Source: the human T2T-CHM13v2.0 reference genome, Homo sapiens. From it: 64,000 bases of DNA. The stretch lies in NCBI RefSeq assembly GCF_009914755.1, contig NC_060943.1; one strand, given 5' to 3'. Positions 40,752-64,000 of this stretch are shown here, in pieces (position 1 is the stretch's first letter; every line of letters starts with the position of its first letter). The translations under genes and the position numbers were made by a program. Below the pieces are notes generated by a model, which was not told the DNA's origin, searched no databases, and saw only the letters and a list, made by a program, of their open reading frames with translations.

Positions 40752-41940
40752 TGTGACGGGCAGGTCCTGAGAGTGGGAGCTGTGCCCCAAATTTATGCCC
40801 TGCCTGGGCTGGGAGCTAACCTCTTCACTGCCGGCCCCTGCAGCCAGGAGGCCCCACGTCTGCACCAGCCCATCTCCTGCACCCTCGAATCCAGGCATCT
40901 GCTCCTTCTGCCCCACACCCCACCCTTCTAAGAGTTAAGGGCTCACCCCCAGCCTACCCCACCCCGACATTCCACACAGCCATTTCCGACGCCCCAGACA
41001 CCCCCTGATTTACGAGTGCTGTGCTGGCGGCCAGGGCAGGCAACTGGTGTTCCCCCGACCTGCTGCCTGGAGTGGAAGTCAGGGGGCTTCATGGGACCCC
41101 GGTGGGGTCCCTCCCCACTAAGTCAGGGTGCTGGGGCTCAGGAGCCCCCACGTGTATCATGTGCCAGGTGGAGCATATGTGAGTGCTGGGAAAGGTGGCT
41201 TGGCAGGGGACTGAGTCCACGGGAACCCTCCATGGTGGCTCCCGCCTGGAGGATTAGGACATCATGCCCCTGTCTCCGGGCCTGGCTGAGCCAGCATCAA
41301 AACAGGAAAAGGGAGAGGCCTGGGGACAGCCAAGGGTGGGGACACAAGGGGACAGGGACGCCTGTCTCGGGAAGGCCAACCTGAGACCCCTATAACTGCA
41401 GCCCCATCCTGGGATCTGAGCATGTCAGAGCCCCCGGGGCGATGGAGGCTGTCCAGGTCATGGTAACGTCTAGCACGATGCAGACAGATAAGGGCTCTCG
41501 AGGCTTCCATACCCAGCCCCGTGTGAGCCCAGTCCCCTCACCGGTACAGGGGAGCTCCTCAGAACCCCTCCTACTCGGCTTGGTGAGGAAAGAGATGGGC
41601 ACTTAGAGTGTAAGGCAGTGCCCGTAGCTTCGAATGCAAAAACAAGCAAACAGCTTGTGATTGTCCGAAGGGGTGCTTGACTCTAAGCACCCACAAGATT
41701 GGGGAAAATCAGAAAACCCTCACACACAACCCGTGTGACCCAGGTGCACCCTGTGCTGTTGGTGGGGGTGTAAATTGCTAGCAGCTCTTTGGATGAGCAG
41801 CTGCTACTGGGGAATTGTAAATTACACCCTCTGCCCCAGGAGCCCTGTTTGCGGGGTTCCTCCCACACAGGCAAGTGAAACAGCCAGCACAGGGACATCT
41901 GATGCCTTCTTCATATTAGGAAAGTCTGGAAGTGGCCTCA

Positions 41941-42299
<359 letters not shown>

Positions 42300-42725
42300 T
42301 CAAAAAAGCCTGGCGGGGCCCAGTGGCTCATGCCTATAATCCCAGCACTTTGGGAGGGTGAGGTGGGAGGATCACTTGAGGTCGGGAGTTTGAGACCAGC
42401 CAGGCCAACATGGTGAATCCCTGTCTCTAACGAAAATACAAAAATTAGGCGAGGCACAGTGGCTCACGCCTGTAATCCCAGCACTTTGGGAGGCCGAGGT
42501 GGGCAGATCACCTGAGGTCAGTTCAAGACCAGCCTGGTCAACATGGTGAAACTCCGTCTCTATTAAAAAATTAGCTGGGTGTAGTCCCAGCTACTCGGGA
42601 GGCTGAGGCAGGAGAATCGCTTGGAACCCAGGAGGCAGAGGCTGCAGTGAGCCAAGATTGCACCACTGCACTCCAGCCTGGGCAGCAGCATGAAACTCCG
42701 TCTCAGAAACCCAAAAAACAAATTA

Positions 42726-42827
<102 letters not shown>

Positions 42828-43733
42828 TCACTGCACTCCAGCCTGGGCGACAGAGCGAGACCCCATCTCAAAAAAAAAAAAAAAAAAGCCTGAAGTCACC
42901 CAGAATTAAGCAACGGTCCTGGTATTTGAACCCAGGTCCTCCGTGAATGCAAAACCCCTGCTCCTCACCACAGGGCCTCACCACCCAGCCTCCTTACATG
43001 AAGGCCCAGGCAGTGGGGGTGGCTGGGGCGAAACTGCTGAGGCAGCGGCTCCCTCCAGAGCTGCCTCCCTGCTGCCCAAGAAGGCCTGGTGGGAGAAGGG
43101 GGAGGGAGGTTGGCCTGAACTGGGACATTCCGAGGAATTAGCCAGACATCTCAGGCATTCCTGCTCGGCAGCCAAGGGCTGCAGAACTGGGTGGGGAAGA
43201 CTTCCACCTGCAAGTTTCCAACCACCGGCAAGACAGAAGGGATTGCCCGGAAGATGGGTTCAAAAGTAGTGGCTGCAGGCAAATTCCATTTCCAGCCATA
43301 TTAATGTTTCCAGCCACATTTTCCAGTTCCATTTCCAGGAACTGGAAAAGCCCTCCCTTACAGAATGCCTGGCAACGCCAGATCAAATATATGCATGACC
43401 GAGCTTGTAAGAAGGGAGAAGCCCCCCGAAACATCACCGGGAACCTCAAACATAGGGACCCACAATCGGGGCAGTGGGGGGGGTTGGCTTTGGTGGCCAC
43501 CTGCAAGCTGAGAACCACACACAAAATGGGCTGGGGCTGGCGCTCCTGGGTAGCTAGCGAAAGCCAAGGCTGAACCATCTGGAAGGACTGCCTGCAAAGT
43601 AGGCCACCCCGGATTCCCACAGAGCCCCCAGCTGGCCATGAGCATCCAATCCCAAATCACAAGAAAATCTATCACTAAGGGGAGTCAGAAGAAACAAAAG
43701 GATGCCCGGGAACTTCAGCTTCTAGGATTGTCA

Positions 43734-44121
<388 letters not shown>

Positions 44122-44498
44122 CTACTCAGGAGGCTGAGGTGGGAGGATTGCTTGAGCCCATGAGTTCAAGACTGACCTGGGCAATACAGTGAGACCTCAC
44201 CTCTACAAAAAATTAAAAAATTAGCTGGGCGTGGTGGTGTGCACTACTTGAAAGGTTAAGGTGGGAGGATCGCTTCAGCCCAAGAGGTGGAGGTTGCAGG
44301 GAGCCAAGACGGTGGACACTGCAATCCAGCCTGGTGAACAGAGCAAGACCCTGTCTCAAAACCTAAAATATAAATAAAAATAAAACCATGAAAGATGGGA
44401 CCAAAACATAAGGAATAAGACATTATCCAAACAGAGTAGCAGATCTAAAAAGGAAACAAAGAAATCTGAGCAATTTATTATTATTTTTTATTTATTGA

Positions 44499-44708
<210 letters not shown>

Positions 44709-45045
44709 TAGTTCACTGCAGCCTTGAACTGGGCTTAGCCTCCCAAGTAGCTGGGACTGCAGGCGCTCACCATCATGCCCAGCCAAAACTGAAGACTTAC
44801 TGGGCTATGTGGTGGATAAGTCACAGCTGAAGAGAGACTTAGGGAAGTGGAAGGGAGAACTGTAGAAGTTACCCAGTGGGCAGCACAGGCCCTTGGTCAG
44901 TGTGAGGGAGGCCGAGCCAGGAGGAGGAGGACAATAAGAAGGCCTAACAGGCATCTGAAGATTCCAGAAGGAAGGGCCAGAGGAGGAGATGGCTTAACTT
45001 TTCCAGAATTGCTAACTACGGGGCCCTGGGAGTCAGGGAGCAAGC

Positions 45046-45182
45046 AGGATGTCGAAGGGTCACTGAGAGCCTGAAGTTCTGGAGGGCAGAGCCATGTATT
45101 GGACAGAGCCTCACTCTAGGATGGCGAAGGGGCAGTGAGAGCCTTAAGTTCTGGGGGGCAGAGCCATGTATTGGACCAAGCC

Positions 45183-45189
<7 letters not shown>
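45046..45189. repeat. 72-bp tandem duplication spanning the GTF2F1 stop codon
   Basis: 45046-45117 vs 45118-45189, ~8 mismatches by eye. Confidence 0.9.
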
Positions 45190-57896
<12,707 letters not shown>

Positions 57897-57899
57897 GGG

Positions 57900-58694
57900 C
57901 AATGGTCAGTGGTTCCGATCTGGTCCGACCCGGGTTCCTTTCGTCTCCTCTGGCGTGCGCGTCCCTCGATCCCGGGGAAGCCGCCGCTCGGTGTCGGGTC
58001 TCTGTGCCTGAGCGAGGACCCCAACCCTAGGCGCCTCTGGCGCTGGGAAAAGGTAACCGGAAGAGGCGCTCAAGCTACTCGGTCTACGCTTCTGCGGCCG
58101 CCTAACCCGGAAGCGAAACCCTCGAGCAGCCGCGTCGCGATGGCAACCTTCTTAGCGACTGTGGCCACCTCAGTGCGCAGTCACTTATGCTCCTCGGCGG
58201 CTATGGTCACCTCAAAAGGTCCACCGCGGTCCCTTTTTAGACTCAGCAAACCTAGGCCGAGTCTGAGATAAACTAACGGGCCTCTGTCGCTGGCGCTCTT
58301 GTATATAACGCGGTTAACTTCATCAAATGGGGGACCGCCCTCTCTCGTGACGTCAGCACCCAAGGACCGTGGGGCATCCTGGGTGGGAAGAGGGAGACGA
58401 ATCCCCCTTGCGGGCTCCCAGGCACTTTGCGCATGCGCCTTGCCGCTCTGGACCTGGGGGGCCCAGAAGGCCGCGTCACCATAGCAACCGAGGCCTACTC
58501 GGGTCGGGTCGAACCGCCGCTTGGCTCCCCATGGGTCTGTTTGGGGTTCATTTCCTCCCCCTACCCCGAAGGGGTGGACCCCGTCATTCCCGCAAAATGA
58601 CCGGGGCGGGGACCCTTGTGACGTTGAGCCGAGCCAGGAGGGGTCAGAGCCTGGGCGGGGTCGGGGCGCGACCACCCCAAGAGCTGCTGGCCGG

Positions 58695-58700
<6 letters not shown>
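57900..58700. promoter_or_regulatory. CpG-island promoter of GTF2F1, probably bidirectional
   Basis: ETS CCGGAAG at 58057 and 58107, X-box-like at 58134 and 58475, TATATAA at 58302, CRE TGACGTCA at 58348, NRF1 TGCGCATGCGC at 58428, GC box ~58602. Confidence 0.8.
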
Positions 58701-61448
<2,748 letters not shown>

Positions 61449-62119
61449 GTAGGAGCTCATGGGAGGGGTTAGGGCGGAAGGGGTACCTTGGGACAACCAC
61501 CCACCAGGAGGGCTCACGGGACCCAGAAGGTTGCAACTTCCCATGTGGCCATTGCCTTGCTGCACTGAACCTTCATTTCCTTATCTGTGAAAAGGGGAGA
61601 TCCCATCAAAAGGCCGTAGGGGTCTGGCCCAGTGGCTCACGCCTGTAATTCCAGCACTTTGGGAGGCCAAGGCAGGTGGGTCACCTGAGTTCGGGAGTTC
61701 AAGAGCAGCCTGACCAACATGGAGAAATCCCATCTCTACTAAAAATACAAAATTAGCCGGGCATGGTGGCGCATACCTGTAATCCCAGCTACTCAGGAGG
61801 CTGAGGCAGGAGAATCACTTGAACCCGGGAGGCGGAGGTTGTGGTGAGCTGAGATCATGCCATTACACTACTCCAGCCTGGGCAACAAGAGGAAAACCCC
61901 GTCTAAAAAAAAAAAAAAATCACTCACTAGGGAAGCGCTCACTGTTTGGTGAAATGGAGGGTGCCCCATTCATGAATTGCAAATAAAGATCAATTTGAGC
62001 TAAAAAAAATCACTCAAGGACAGGCACAGTGGCTCACGCCTGTATTCCCAACACTTTGGGAGGCCAAGGTCTGAGCATTGCTTGAGCCCAGGAGTTTGAG
62101 ACCAGCCTGGGCAACATAG

Positions 62120-62399
<280 letters not shown>

Positions 62400-62455
62400 T
62401 AAAGTGCTGGGATTACAGGCATGAGCCACTGTGCCTGGACTAAATTATCCATTAA

Positions 62456-62575
<120 letters not shown>

Positions 62576-62792
62576 TGAGTAGCTGGGACTACATGCGTGC
62601 GCCACCATGCCCAGCTAATTTTTGTATTTTTAGTAGAGATGGGGTTTCCCCATATTGCCCAAACTGCTCTTGAACTCCTGATGTCAAGTGATCCACCCAC
62701 CTTGGCCTCCCAAAGTGCAAGGATGACAGGTGTGAGCCACCGTGCCTGGTCAAAACAATAAATTTTTGTTTGTTTGTTTGTTTGTTTTTTGA

Positions 62793-62894
<102 letters not shown>

Positions 62895-63352
62895 TGAGTA
62901 GCTGGGACTACAGGCGCCCGCCACCACGCCCGGCTAATTTTTTTGTATTTTTAGTAGAGATGGGGTTTCACCATTTTAGCCAGGATGGTCTCGATCTCCT
63001 GACCTCGTGATCTGCCCACCTTGGCCTCCCAAAGTGCTGGGACCGTGCCCGGCCCAAAACAATACATTTTAAAAAGTTAGCTGGTACTGCAGGAAAAAGG
63101 CATATAATAAAAATGAACCAAGAAAAATTTTAAAAGAAAAAATTTAGCTGGGCATGGTGGCATGAATCTATATTCCAGCTACCTGGAGGCTGAAGTGAGA
63201 GGATTCCTTGAGCCCAGGAAGTCGAGGCTGCAGTGAGCCGTGACTGCACCACTGCTCTCCAGCCGGGAAGACAGAGCAAGACCCTGTCTCACCCAGGCGC
63301 GGTGGCTCATACCTATAATCCCAGCACTTTGGAGGCCAAGACGGGTGGATCA

Positions 63353-63565
<213 letters not shown>

Positions 63566-63708
63566 TTAAAAAAAAAAAAAAAAAAAAGGCTGAGTGCAGT
63601 GGCTCACGCCTGTAATCCCAACACTTTAGGAGGCCAAGGCGGGTGAATCACTTGAGGTCAGGAGTTCAAGACCAGCCTGGCCAACATGGTGAAACCCCAT
63701 TTCTACTA

Positions 63709-63955
<247 letters not shown>

Positions 63956-64000
63956 TCACCTGAGGCCAGGAGTTCGAGACCAGCCTGGCCAACATATAGT

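Overview
This is human (hominid) genomic DNA that I recognise as the Alu-saturated CLPP-ALKBH7-PSPN-GTF2F1 cluster (chr19p13.3, from memory). About 1-26 kb is intergenic and almost all repeats (Alu, L1, MLT, MER, one full-length SVA). Four genes were rebuilt exon by exon with GT-AG boundaries and expected lengths: CLPP (+, 6 coding exons, 277 aa), ALKBH7 (+, 4 exons, 221 aa), PSPN (-, 2 exons, 156 aa) and GTF2F1/RAP74 (-, 13 exons, 517 aa). GTF2F1 hosts two tailed mirtrons (MIR6790, MIR6885). The best candidate for an overlooked system is an intron-containing adenylate kinase (AK1/AK5-like) gene head-to-head with GTF2F1. Its first exon encodes an N-myristoylation motif (MGLCKSK), its promoter carries two RFX X-boxes and a CRE, and it is inactivated by an inferred 11-nt deletion just before the P-loop; it may be a lost membrane-anchored, possibly ciliary/flagellar AK. 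Other notable items: an SVA with a ~220-bp 3' transduction inserted into an Alu linker, a 173-codon overlapping ORF across three ALKBH7 exons, interleaved ALKBH7/PSPN poly(A) signals, and a 72-bp tandem duplication across the GTF2F1 stop codon. Repeat family names are by-eye recognition, not RepeatMasker output.
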